Virus record (IMG/VR): IMGVR_UViG_3300005613_000034
Source of the DNA: a virus
Taxonomy: Duplodnaviria > Heunggongvirae > Uroviricota > Caudoviricetes
Direction: 5' to 3' (one strand)
Length of the DNA stretch: 64,000 bases
Part shown: positions 1-9,180 of the stretch, piece by piece
How the letters are laid out: each line of letters begins with the position of its first letter
Position numbering within the stretch: position 1 is the first letter of the stretch
Notes under the pieces: generated by a model
Seen by the model: only the letters and a program-made list of their open reading frames with translations
Databases searched by the model: none
Told to the model about the DNA's origin: nothing
Position numbers and translations under genes: made by a program

Positions 1-131
1 TTTTTATTTAAATCTTTTAGATTTGAATAATAATCTAAAACCTCTTTTTGATTAGAATGTTTAGGACAAAACCCATTAATAAACGCTAAATTTTCACAAT
101 TACTCACAACACATTTTATACAACCACTCAT
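1..131 (-). CDS. small Cys-rich protein, 5'-truncated by window (MSGCIKCVVSNCEN...)
   Basis: ATG at 131-129 preceded by junction motif; CxxC..C..H pattern; continues past window start. Confidence 0.4.
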   Translation of the reverse strand, partial: MSGCIKCVVSNCENLAFINGFCPKHSNQKEVLDYYSNLKDLNK

Positions 132-149
132 TTCTATTTCAACTCCTTT
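129..149 (-). repeat. conserved gene-junction motif copy (AAAGGAGTTGAAATAGAAATG; SD + KELK-stop + start)
   Basis: plus strand catttctatttcaactccttt. Confidence 0.8.
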
Positions 150-265
150 CCTCTCTTTCTTTCTTTCCATTTTCTTTTCATAGCTTTGCTAATATTCTTT
201 CTCCAACCATTCCAATCCTTAAAATGTCTAACCATCATCATACCCCTTAATATATTCAGTAACCT

Positions 266-290
266 CACTCATTTCTATTTCAACTCCTTT
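266..290 (-). repeat. conserved gene-junction motif copy
   Basis: cactcatttctatttcaactccttt; TAG stop of 275..613 inside motif. Confidence 0.8.
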
Positions 291-613
291 ATTAATTCCT
301 TAACTCTATCCTCATCAATAGCAACACAATCCAAAAAATCCTGATTACATGAATGCATTAACTTTCCAATTTCAGCAAAAGCTTTCATTTGGTTAAATTC
401 AGTTATTCCTGCCTGTTTAAAAAAATCAACTGCCTTCTTTCCGCCTCTCTCCCACAAAAACTCAAACAAATCATCTAACAGACTACTTTTACCTTGAATA
501 GAACCTTCCCAATAACCTTTATAATACTCAGAATCCTCATTATACTTTCTTTCTTCAGCACCCATTCTATCTCTTTCATAATCTTTCAAAAACTCTCTCA
601 TACCCATTCTCAC
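275..613 (-). CDS. hypothetical protein, cassette family (paralog of 40630..40908)
   Basis: MRMGMREFL...DRVKELIKELK versus MGMREFLEK...ERVKELIKELK; same N- and C-termini and shared flanks. Confidence 0.6.
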   Translation of the reverse strand: MRMGMREFLKDYERDRMGAEERKYNEDSEYYKGYWEGSIQGKSSLLDDLFEFLWERGGKKAVDFFKQAGITEFNQMKAFAEIGKLMHSCNQDFLDCVAIDEDRVKELIKELK

Positions 614-624
614 TTCAACTCCTT
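605..624 (-). repeat. conserved gene-junction motif copy (TGA variant)
   Basis: cattctcacttcaactcctt immediately upstream of ATG at 613. Confidence 0.75.
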
Positions 625-804
625 CTCAATTTTATAACTTAACCAATTAGACCTTATTTGAAAATATATTGCTTTTATTGGATTCGTTGTTGTTTGATAT
701 TTCAATTTATTAATTAAACCTTGTCTAAAGTAATAATTAACTTTCTGTCTTTGTTTTGAATTTAATTCATAATACCATTTTGGAATTGCTTCACAATCAT
801 TCAT
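610..804 (-). CDS. hypothetical small basic protein (64 aa) ending KELK
   Basis: ATGA overlap with downstream gene; junction motif at 3' end. Confidence 0.45.
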   Translation of the reverse strand: MNDCEAIPKWYYELNSKQRQKVNYYFRQGLINKLKYQTTTNPIKAIYFQIRSNWLSYKIEKELK

Positions 805-966
805 AACTATTACCTCTATCTTTAATTAAAAAAATTATTATGATTATTAAAATTATCAACCCAGTAAAAAACAAAACAAAAACATTCATTGGCTCAACAA
901 CACTTGAAGCAACAACAGGAACATTAACAAAAAAATTACAATCAATCATTTCAAACCACCTTCCTT

Positions 967-988
967 CATTCTCATTTCAACTCCTTTT
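967..988 (-). repeat. conserved gene-junction motif copy
   Basis: cattctcatttcaactcctttt. Confidence 0.8.
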
Positions 989-1154
989 CTATTTGTGCTT
1001 TAAATTTCCAACAACCGATATCTTTATGCTCCATTTCAAAATTAATATCAAAATTATCAGCATTTACCAAAATAGCTTCTTTAATCATTCTTTTAGCCAA
1101 CCTTTCAGAATCTCTCAAAATACAAACATTCATTTTACATTTACTCATTCTCAT
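972..1154 (-). CDS. hypothetical small protein (60 aa) ending KELK
   Basis: flanked on both sides by junction motif. Confidence 0.4.
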   Translation of the reverse strand: MRMSKCKMNVCILRDSERLAKRMIKEAILVNADNFDINFEMEHKDIGCWKFKAQIEKELK

Positions 1155-1166
1155 TTCAACTCCTTT
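1146..1166 (-). repeat. conserved gene-junction motif copy
   Basis: cattctcatttcaactccttt at start of 972..1154. Confidence 0.8.
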
Positions 1167-1279
1167 CTTTTTTTCATTGCTTTCAAAATCTTTAATCTTG
1201 TTTCCTTATTTAATGAAGCCCAAACTAAAAGAACACCAACACCAAACATCAACACTAACTCATCATCAATTTCAATTTT

Positions 1280-1300
1280 CATTCTCATTTCAACTCCTTT
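1280..1300 (-). repeat. conserved gene-junction motif copy
   Basis: cattctcatttcaactccttt; gives KELK-stop to the methyltransferase. Confidence 0.8.
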
Positions 1301-2430
1301 ATTTTTTGTTGTCCATTCAAAATACGAGCCTTAGCAATCTCAAAATACTCATGCTCTTTCTCAATACCAACAAAACCAAAACCCAAATTCCTACAAGCCA
1401 AACCAGTAGTTCCACTACCCATAAAAGGGTCTAACACAACCCCACCCTTAGGCGTAACAAGCCTAACCAAATACTCCATTAACTTAACAGGTTTTATAGT
1501 TGGATGCGAATTTTTTCTTTTAACTTTTCTATTTAAACCAATAGAAGAATTATTATTATCATTTCCACTCATACTATAATTTGAATCTTTAAAACTTTCT
1601 AATCCTTTATTTCTTTCCTTCTTACTTGCTTTCGCACAATAAAAAAAACGAGAAGGTTCTCCCAACATTTTTCCAGCTTCTTCATCTAACAAAACATTCG
1701 CAGGAAAACGCCCTTCTTCACAAGCAATTCTATCTTTACCTTGAGAAGTAAAACCACCTTTAAACAAAGTTTTACCAGCATTAAAATCATTACCCCATTT
1801 AGCAAAATCTTTATCTTTTTCAGATTTATAATCAATCCTACTTGCATCAATATTCAAACCACCAACACCCCAACGCAAAACATTCTCAACAATACTTTTC
1901 TCACTCAAAGGCTTACGAGCCAAAACAATCGGCTCATTCGCAGGTTTCAAACCACTACCCCAACCCTCCCACTCACTACAACCTTTTGTATAATTATAAT
2001 CAGGATTTGCTTTTCCACCATCCATATTTAAATTATTCCCAAGAGAACTGGCAACTCTACCACCATTCACAACCTCTCTTTCATTACCTAACTTCTTATC
2101 AATACCTTTACCAATATTATAAGATTTAGGAAAACCACTACCATACAACCACTGCAAACAATCACGAACCTCAAAACCAGCATCCTCAATAGCACAAGCC
2201 ATCCTATGATAGGTCCGAGTTCCACCAAAAGCAAGTAAGTGCCCGCCTGGTTTAACAACTCTTAAAACCTCTTTCCACATTTCCTTATTATAAGCTATTC
2301 CAGAAGCATCCCACTTCTTACCCATAAAACCAAGTTCATAAGGCGGGTCACAAACAACACTATCAATACTATTATCTTCCAACCTTTTTAACTGCTCCAA
2401 ACAATCCCCCTCAAACAAATCAAACCTCAT
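1285..2430 (-). CDS. DNA methyltransferase, beta-class N6-adenine/N4-cytosine amino-MTase
   Basis: motif IV VCDPPY near N-term, motif I LDPFMGSGTTGLAC near C-term (beta permutation); ends KELK-stop in junction motif. Confidence 0.9.
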   Translation of the reverse strand: MRFDLFEGDCLEQLKRLEDNSIDSVVCDPPYELGFMGKKWDASGIAYNKEMWKEVLRVVKPGGHLLAFGGTRTYHRMACAIEDAGFEVRDCLQWLYGSGFPKSYNIGKGIDKKLGNEREVVNGGRVASSLGNNLNMDGGKANPDYNYTKGCSEWEGWGSGLKPANEPIVLARKPLSEKSIVENVLRWGVGGLNIDASRIDYKSEKDKDFAKWGNDFNAGKTLFKGGFTSQGKDRIACEEGRFPANVLLDEEAGKMLGEPSRFFYCAKASKKERNKGLESFKDSNYSMSGNDNNNSSIGLNRKVKRKNSHPTIKPVKLMEYLVRLVTPKGGVVLDPFMGSGTTGLACRNLGFGFVGIEKEHEYFEIAKARILNGQQKIKELK

Positions 2431-2576
2431 TCTACCACCGCAACCTCATTAGTTTCCAAAACCTCATCCACACACTTTGCTAAATGCTTACCACAACACC
2501 ACAAACCATTAACCTTATACTTAGCCATACTTTTCCCACCATTCAAATTATTACAAAATTCACACTTAAAAATCAT
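2427..2576 (-). CDS. small zinc-finger protein (49 aa, CxxC..CC)
   Basis: MIFKCEFCNN...WCCGKH; stop TGA overlaps methyltransferase ATG; starts in junction motif. Confidence 0.4.
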   Translation of the reverse strand: MIFKCEFCNNLNGGKSMAKYKVNGLWCCGKHLAKCVDEVLETNEVAVVE

Positions 2577-2595
2577 TTCTCATTTCAACTCCTTT
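2574..2595 (-). repeat. conserved gene-junction motif copy (TGA-overlap variant)
   Basis: catttctcatttcaactccttt. Confidence 0.8.
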
Positions 2596-2678
2596 CTTTG
2601 ACATTTATTACAAAGTTGTTTATCAATTTCATTAGCAAATTCTAAATACCTTTCACAAAACTGACACTTCCATTTACT

Positions 2679-2700
2679 CATATTCTATTTCAACTCCTTT
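2679..2700 (-). repeat. conserved gene-junction motif copy
   Basis: catattctatttcaactccttt; gives VKELK-stop to PAPS-reductase-like gene. Confidence 0.8.
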
Positions 2701-3467
2701 ACAATCTTTGCTTTCTCAAAACAATTCAATTTAGTTTGTTTTAACAAAAATGCTTTCTTCACACTTTCACAACCATTCCAACATTCATACTTAGGCAACT
2801 TCTTAGGAATAAAACCTTTAGCAAACTCTCTTTCATATTCTTTCATACTTTTTTGAAAAATAGGTTCTCCATTTCTTTTTTCCCAAACTTTAGTTTTCTT
2901 CCATAAATCAGGATAATTCTTCCATAAAACATAAATACTCTTTTCATTCTGCTTAGGGCAAAAATAACAACCTAATCTATCAAAATTAACATATAAAGGA
3001 TTAAACAAACCCTTTTCATTTAAATAATTAATACAATCCTGTTCAGTCCATTTCCAATTAACAAGAGGATAATGTAACCTTCCTTCACTTGAACATCTTT
3101 GCTTTTCATCATAAGCAATCCCAACAAACATTTCATCATATTCTCCACATAACTTTTGTAAAGGTTTAATCTTAGATTCCCTGCTCCAATAACAAGGATA
3201 AATCCTCAAAGGAAAACCTCTCCTCATTCCTTCATTCTTTCCTCTTGTAACCTTTCCTTCAAACCATTCTTCAAAACTCTTTTCAGGGTAAACAAACTCA
3301 ATCTCACGACCCAAATAATTCTCAATCCTTTTTATATATTCATAAAGTTCAGGAAACTCAAAACCAGTATCAGCAAAAACTATTTTATCAACAGGGATGC
3401 CCAATTCAATCATTCTCAAAAGCATAGCAGTTGAATCTTTACCCCCTGAAAAAGAAACAATATTCAT
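2685..3467 (-). CDS. PAPS reductase-like PP-loop ATP pyrophosphatase family protein
   Basis: N-terminal SFSGGKDS PP-loop; 260 aa; ends VKELK-stop. Confidence 0.85.
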   Translation of the reverse strand: MNIVSFSGGKDSTAMLLRMIELGIPVDKIVFADTGFEFPELYEYIKRIENYLGREIEFVYPEKSFEEWFEGKVTRGKNEGMRRGFPLRIYPCYWSRESKIKPLQKLCGEYDEMFVGIAYDEKQRCSSEGRLHYPLVNWKWTEQDCINYLNEKGLFNPLYVNFDRLGCYFCPKQNEKSIYVLWKNYPDLWKKTKVWEKRNGEPIFQKSMKEYEREFAKGFIPKKLPKYECWNGCESVKKAFLLKQTKLNCFEKAKIVKELK

Positions 3468-3536
3468 CTTAATAACTCTCCATTCTATTTAAATCAATTA
3501 ACAAATCTTTAGCAGTATTCCTCAAATACCTTTCTC

Positions 3537-3779
3537 TCATTTCTTTTCACACTCCTCTATTCTTTTATAAATAGAATATTCTATAAACAAAGCAATAATA
3601 AATGCAAACAAACCTATAAAAAATAACCTAAACCAAAAAACCGAAAATATTATTGCTAAAAACCAACTTATTATCCATACAAAAGACAAAATGTTTGATA
3701 AAATAAGATTCAATGAATTATCATATTTTATTTCCTTTATTTTTAAATATTTATATTCTTCTTCAGACAATCTAATCAT
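3537..3779 (-). CDS. small membrane protein (2 TM)
   Basis: hydrophobic stretches WIISWFLAIIFSVFWFRLFFIGLFAFIIALFI. Confidence 0.45.
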   Translation of the reverse strand: MIRLSEEEYKYLKIKEIKYDNSLNLILSNILSFVWIISWFLAIIFSVFWFRLFFIGLFAFIIALFIEYSIYKRIEECEKK

Positions 3780-3795
3780 TCTTTCAACTCCTTTT
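3777..3795 (-). repeat. conserved gene-junction motif copy (shortened)
   Basis: cattctttcaactcctttt at start of 3537..3779. Confidence 0.7.
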
Positions 3796-4128
3796 CTTCA
3801 CAATAATAACATAAATCTACCCAACTTTTAGGAATATTCATAACACGCCCACATCTTTTACATTTATTCATTTCGAACCAACCCTTTCTTTTGTAGAAAC
3901 AATTAAATATAAGTTATTACAATAATACTTCATGGTTAATAAAACATTTAGACTTTTTGAAATAAAAGCAAGTTCTTCAAAATCTGCTTTAAGAAAAGCA
4001 AGAATGGACAGAGAAAAAACAGGTGATGTTGTTTCTGCTGTTCGTTTAATTGGCGGACAAAGACGAAATGCACGAAACAAAAAATACATGGTGTTTGGTG
4101 GAAGAAGAGAAAGATTCTGAATAAATTT

Positions 4129-4149
4129 CATTCTCATTTCAACTCCTTT
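4129..4149 (-). repeat. conserved gene-junction motif copy
   Basis: cattctcatttcaactccttt at start of 3868..4137 (MRM...). Confidence 0.75.
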
Positions 4150-5006
4150 CCTTTCTTATCTTTAGCATCAGCAATCTTCCTCTCCAAAGAATCACACAAC
4201 TGAAACAAAACAAACGCATTATCCTTAATCGCCCTAATCTCATCCTTAATCTCCATTCAAAACACCATCCACAAACTCCTGCAACTTACTATTTAATTTA
4301 GAAAAAAACTCAATCATATAAACACCCCTGTTTCAATTTCTTCTTGAATCATCTTTGAAACTTCATGCCTTTTACCTTTATACTTTTCTTCCAAAGATTC
4401 TTCAATAATTGTTTGGAAAACTTCAGAACTTAGTTTATCTAAAACTTTTTGTTCCAAAAATTTATGATTTTTTAAGTTTAAATGTTTTGTTGAATCAAAC
4501 TCAACTGAAACATTTTCAGACAATCTAACTTTCACAATCATCTTCTCCAACTCCATCTAACATACAACGAGAACAAATAAATTTTAGTTTTAATTTACCT
4601 TTATCTTCTCCACAATAATAACAACCTTTCATTTTTCCAACTCCTTCATTTGTGATTCTACTATTTTTTGTAATTTTTGACTAAAATTTTCTCCTTCTTG
4701 TTCTTGAACAAAAGTGTATTGTTTTGTGTTCAAGTAAATTGTTTCATTAGGCATTATTTATTCCCTCCTTTTGTGTTTAGTAAGGTTCTTGGAGAACCAT
4801 AACAATATCCTTTTTGATTAACAAATTCTTCCCAATTCATTCAACCACCCCTCTTAAAGTAAATTGTATTTTTATGTTTTCTTTAAGCATACCTTCAAGA
4901 ACTTTTAATTCGTGTTTTTCACATTCTTTAATGTCTGCTCTTATACTTTTTTCTTCCCTTAATAGCAAATCCAACAAATATTGCTTTTGAAACCTTGTTA
5001 AATTTT

Positions 5007-5378
5007 TCATTCAACCACCTTCTTTTTTATTAAATAAACTTTACCTGTTGGTTTGTGTTTCACACAAAAAACTCCACCATCATATCCTTCATACTTTGCT
5101 TCTCTTTTACAAGCACGACCTTGCTCAACATCTAACGCACCACAAAATTCAATACCATTAACTGACTGATAAGGTTTATCAGAATCAGCTTGAACAAACC
5201 CACATTTAGAACATTTACCTTCAACCCAATCATGTTCACAAGGGTCGCCATCAGGATTATACTCTTTATAACTTGAGTTAGTTCCTATTTGCAATCTATC
5301 CTTACAGATAGGACAAGTTGTGGTAAAAGTTGGTTTTTCATCAAAATTTAACTTACATTTGTCACAACTAAAACTCAT
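5007..5378 (-). CDS. Cys-rich putative zinc-binding protein
   Basis: CDKCK..CPICK..CEH..CSKCG..C..C patterns. Confidence 0.5.
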   Translation of the reverse strand: MSFSCDKCKLNFDEKPTFTTTCPICKDRLQIGTNSSYKEYNPDGDPCEHDWVEGKCSKCGFVQADSDKPYQSVNGIEFCGALDVEQGRACKREAKYEGYDGGVFCVKHKPTGKVYLIKKKVVE

Positions 5379-5490
5379 TCAACCACCCACAATTCAATCT
5401 TTTCAGTATCAAACTTTGATTTACTTAAAATAACATTTCCAAAAGTTACCAAGTAATCAAGTTCGCTTTTAGTTATACGCAACTGATGAT

Positions 5491-5694
5491 TCATTCAACC
5501 ACCTCTCCTTTTTCATCAAACTTTTCAGCTCTATCTTTCTTAACCTGTTCAGCAAAAGCCAAAAACTCATCAACAGGCATTAAGAAATACTGAAACCTTG
5601 TTGTCTTTAAATAATTTCTATCTGCTTGTAGTTCAACTATTCCTTTTCTACACAATCTTATTTTTCTATTACTAAATTCTTCAACCATTTTCAT
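5491..5694 (-). CDS. hypothetical protein (67 aa)
   Basis: ORF with palindromic operator-like site and TATA-like box upstream. Confidence 0.4.
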   Translation of the reverse strand: MKMVEEFSNRKIRLCRKGIVELQADRNYLKTTRFQYFLMPVDEFLAFAEQVKKDRAEKFDEKGEVVE

Positions 5695-5722
5695 CTCATC
5701 TCCTTTGTAACTCTTTGGTTAC

Positions 5723-5740
5723 TACATTAACTAATGTAGT
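5723..5740. promoter_or_regulatory. perfect palindrome CTACATTAACTAATGTAG, candidate operator, next to TTTATAAA TATA-like box
   Basis: 8-bp inverted arms; ~30-50 nt upstream of ATG at 5694. Confidence 0.4.
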
Positions 5741-5799
5741 AATGTATTTATAAAGGTATATGTTAAAATGCAACATAAACAACAAAAAAAAAAGAAAAA

Positions 5800-5819
5800 T
5801 AAGGGTTTTCAAACCCTTA
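5800..5819 (-). terminator. hairpin TAAGGGTTT-tc-AAACCCTTA followed by T-tract on minus strand
   Basis: 9-bp perfect stem overlapping stop of 5817..6128; A-run 5781-5799 on plus strand. Confidence 0.55.
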
Positions 5820-6128
5820 CTCAACAGAAGTAGTAGTATATTTAGTATCTTCCTTAGTAGTTCCTTGACGAGTAATCCTAATGTAAGGCTCTGGCTTCTC
5901 CATACATTTCTTAATACCCCTAACAATAGAAATACCAACTTCAAACTCTTTTTGTTCATCTTTCTTATTCAAAAAAGATAAATTATACCGGTCTTTCATA
6001 ACCCCAGCAATCTCTTTAACTTCTTTAGATATTTCAAGAGATTCTTTCTTAATATAAGTATCTCCTTCTGGGATTTTTTCAAATTTTGCTTCTATTTCTT
6101 CATTTTCAAAAAATTCGTTTGCTTTCAT
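5817..6128 (-). CDS. hypothetical protein (103 aa)
   Basis: ORF with terminator hairpin at 3' end. Confidence 0.45.
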   Translation of the reverse strand: MKANEFFENEEIEAKFEKIPEGDTYIKKESLEISKEVKEIAGVMKDRYNLSFLNKKDEQKEFEVGISIVRGIKKCMEKPEPYIRITRQGTTKEDTKYTTTSVE

Positions 6129-6442
6129 ATTGATAAACCTCCTTGCTCTAAATAATGAGCTATTTATCGTTTAAATTATAGTAAATAGTGTTTTTAAGTG
6201 TTTCTAAGGTTCTGTGCCGGTGTAAAATTGTAAAAAAGGAAAAAGATTGTTTCTTTCATCAATACTTTATTCCATTTGGTTTGGATTTCAAACCATATTA
6301 AGAGTAAATGGTTTGAATAACTAAGAATTATGTATCAATATGACCAACTAACCCATATATATTCCCTCCTAAGATGATTACAGAAATAATATATTAAAAT
6401 AGAAATTTACTAAGGTTAATTAGTCTTTTTGGTTTATCCAAA

Positions 6443-6465
6443 GTCTTACTCCTTAAAAGTAAGAC
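6443..6465 (-). terminator. 8-bp stem hairpin GTCTTACT..AGTAAGAC overlapping stop of helicase gene
   Basis: seen in sequence. Confidence 0.35.
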
Positions 6466-7756
6466 CATGAATAAAATACTGACGAGAATCCCCAACCTTC
6501 TCTCTTTTCTTCCAAACATTATTAGGATAAAGCTTATACAAATGTCTGAAAAAATGAACTTCAGTTTGAGAAATAATATTCTTCAACTTACAATACTCTC
6601 TATACTTCTCATAAAGAATAGTTGTTTCAATCCTAAAGTCTGGGTCTAACTCTAACTCATTATAAATGAATGAAGTAGCAGAATTAGAAAAGTGCATATA
6701 CTTAGACCTTTTTTCCTCAATACATTCATTTCTAATAAAATTATTGTTATCCAAAGCTGTTTTGTAAGCATCAAGACAACTTAAAAAGAAATTAAACATA
6801 TTCTCCTTAGTAATTAGCTTCTCCAACAACTCCCTATCTGGATTTGCTTCAAAAGAGTTTGGAAAGTTAATTATTATTATTCTCCTATGAAAACCATCTG
6901 AATCATCTGGAGTTTCTGGAACTTCATTACAACTTGCTATAATCTTAGCATAGTTTTTGAATTGAAATCCTTTCTTGAACTTTTCTTCAGCGTATATGGT
7001 ATCTCCACCAGTAAGCTCTTTTAATATTCCAACATCACTTAACGCTTTTTTTGGTAAATCTCCAAATATGTTTGCGTTCTTGCAATATAGTTGGGAAGCT
7101 GCGAATCTGTTTTGTGTTAAACTTTGTAGAGATAGTCCTGATATGTTTTTTTCTCCAAGCATTTCTCTTATAATGTTTAGATATACGCTTTTTCCATTTC
7201 CTCCTGCTCCATATAGTAGGAATAGGTTTTGGAAAGGCATTTTTCTATGAAATGAGTATCCGACTATTTCTTTTAGAAGTAAATGGTCTGTTTGGTTTTC
7301 TGTTATTTGTTCTATGAATTTGTCTATTGGGTTTTCTGTTATTGTATCTTCTTCTAACCACTCTACATTGTGCTTTGATAAAAACACGAATTGTGGGTCA
7401 TAAGGCATTGTTTTTCCTGTTGAAAAGTCATATATAACATTTTTTAGTGGTATAAGGTTAGCGTTTTCTCCTACTACTTCTCTTTTCTTATAAGTTTGTC
7501 TGCGAATGCTACCTAAAACCTCACTAATTAAATGATTTGATGTTCTTGTTGTTGCAACAATCTGAACAATCTCTTTCAACTCATCCTCACAAGGCACATA
7601 AACGCCTTCATCCCAATCAAAAGAATAAATCTCATCAGTATCAGAAAAAGTAATAATATGCTCTCTTTCAAGAATCCTTTTAGAAACTTCATTAGGATTT
7701 AACTTCTCAAAATACTTTAGTTCCTCTTGGTCTAAATTATACTTATGCTTGTTCAT
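6446..7756 (-). CDS. SF3 helicase, D5/P4-primase C-terminal-like NTPase (replication initiator)
   Basis: Walker A LYGAGGNGKS; SF3-like downstream motifs GDLP...DDSDGFHRRIIIINF. Confidence 0.8.
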   Translation of the reverse strand: MNKHKYNLDQEELKYFEKLNPNEVSKRILEREHIITFSDTDEIYSFDWDEGVYVPCEDELKEIVQIVATTRTSNHLISEVLGSIRRQTYKKREVVGENANLIPLKNVIYDFSTGKTMPYDPQFVFLSKHNVEWLEEDTITENPIDKFIEQITENQTDHLLLKEIVGYSFHRKMPFQNLFLLYGAGGNGKSVYLNIIREMLGEKNISGLSLQSLTQNRFAASQLYCKNANIFGDLPKKALSDVGILKELTGGDTIYAEEKFKKGFQFKNYAKIIASCNEVPETPDDSDGFHRRIIIINFPNSFEANPDRELLEKLITKENMFNFFLSCLDAYKTALDNNNFIRNECIEEKRSKYMHFSNSATSFIYNELELDPDFRIETTILYEKYREYCKLKNIISQTEVHFFRHLYKLYPNNVWKKREKVGDSRQYFIHGLTFKE

Positions 7757-7930
7757 TGTTCCACCTTCTCAATGAAACAAGCATCATAAGGAAAGTTTTT
7801 AGGCTGTCCAAACTTGTCTAAAAAAAGTATTCTATTATTCCTTTCTTGAAAAGTGTTTGTAGTGAATTTTCTATGTTCGCCATCAGGCATTCTTACTTGT
7901 ATTATATATTTCGTCAAAATCTCATCTCCT

Positions 7931-7951
7931 TAGCAACTTTTTAAGTTGCTA
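7931..7951 (-). terminator. hairpin TAGCAACTT-ttt-AAGTTGCTA between structural and replication blocks
   Basis: 9-bp perfect stem downstream (minus) of 7996..9129. Confidence 0.45.
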
Positions 7952-7995
7952 TAATTAGTAGTGCTTTAGTTTATTTAAATGTTTAGTTTGAAATT

Positions 7996-9129
7996 CTAAC
8001 TACATTCAAAATTTCCAGCGTTAGTAACTCCACAATTCCAAGTTGTCCCATCTGGAGAGTTCATCAAAACATTACCATCAGTTTTAACAGTTGTTGCTCC
8101 AAGAGAAGTAATAACATTAAAATCAGCATTTAATTCTAAAGCATTATCAGTATCAATAGTTAAATCAGTTCCATCATAATAAATTGAAGCGTCATCTCCT
8201 GCCCCGAATACTATCTTAGAATTATCATTGATTAATTTTAATTCATTGTTACTTGTAAGTTTCATTACCGCATCATTAGTTGTTACACTTGATGAATTTG
8301 TAGTTTTGTTAATTGCCCATATGAAATCTCCTACTCCCCCACTACTTGTTCTTTCGTAAAACATACCACCTTTATAATATCCACCTGCAGTTGTTGCACT
8401 CCATCTTATCCCGGCTGGTGAATTAGGAGTAGTTGTAGTTCTTTTAATACCTATACCTGCATTATCTTCATCTACATTAACTTGTAAAACATTTCTACTT
8501 TCTATAGATGATGAAGCCCAAGTCCCAATCATTGCAAAATTATATACACTCAATAATCCAGTATCTCTATTAAGCTCCATCTTAGTATCCATACCAGTTC
8601 CACCATTAGTATTAAATTGTAAATTATTTGTTGTTGCTCCAGTAAATCTAATTTCAGCTCCCAAATCTGCTCTTTCTAATAATTGCAACGCCGCATCTGT
8701 ATTAACTGCAGTTGCTCTTAATCTTGCAACTGGTGCTGCTGATAACAAATCTAAGGCATAAGAGGGTGTTGTCCCTATTCCTAAATTTCCACCATCTACT
8801 ACCAAGTCACCAGTTCCTACTTCTTGAGGATTAACAATCATATTAGTTCCATCATAATAAATTGAAGCATTATCAGTATCGCCAAAGAAATGTTTAAGAT
8901 TGTCTCCAATACTTAAATCACCAGTTAAAGGGTCATTAATAGTGTCTAAACGCAAATAATTATTATCTAAAACATTTTGATTAATATCAATAAAAACAAA
9001 ATTATCTCCACCGGGAATCCCCGAACCAGTGCAACCGAAAGTCAATATCAAGGCGGCTAGCAACAAAAGTATTATAAAAGGTTTGTTCATACTATAAAAT
9101 AGATTTTTGTTAATTATAAAGCTTTCCAT
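7996..9129 (-). CDS. secreted/lipoprotein-like structural protein with internal repeats
   Basis: signal peptide MNKPFIILLLLAALILTFGC-TGS; repeated ASIYYDGT(N/D)..segments; likely real start at internal Met MNKPF. Confidence 0.6.
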   Translation of the reverse strand: MESFIINKNLFYSMNKPFIILLLLAALILTFGCTGSGIPGGDNFVFIDINQNVLDNNYLRLDTINDPLTGDLSIGDNLKHFFGDTDNASIYYDGTNMIVNPQEVGTGDLVVDGGNLGIGTTPSYALDLLSAAPVARLRATAVNTDAALQLLERADLGAEIRFTGATTNNLQFNTNGGTGMDTKMELNRDTGLLSVYNFAMIGTWASSSIESRNVLQVNVDEDNAGIGIKRTTTTPNSPAGIRWSATTAGGYYKGGMFYERTSSGGVGDFIWAINKTTNSSSVTTNDAVMKLTSNNELKLINDNSKIVFGAGDDASIYYDGTDLTIDTDNALELNADFNVITSLGATTVKTDGNVLMNSPDGTTWNCGVTNAGNFECS

Positions 9130-9180
9130 TATATTTTCACACCTTGTACAGGTTTATTTTTCTTTTGTAAAAAGAAAAAG

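Noticed and set aside
1741-2129. Plus-strand ORFs 1741..2031 and 1842..2129
   Set aside because: They lie antisense inside the well-supported methyltransferase gene. Their composition is low-complexity (T/I/F-rich), typical of shadow ORFs in AT-rich DNA.
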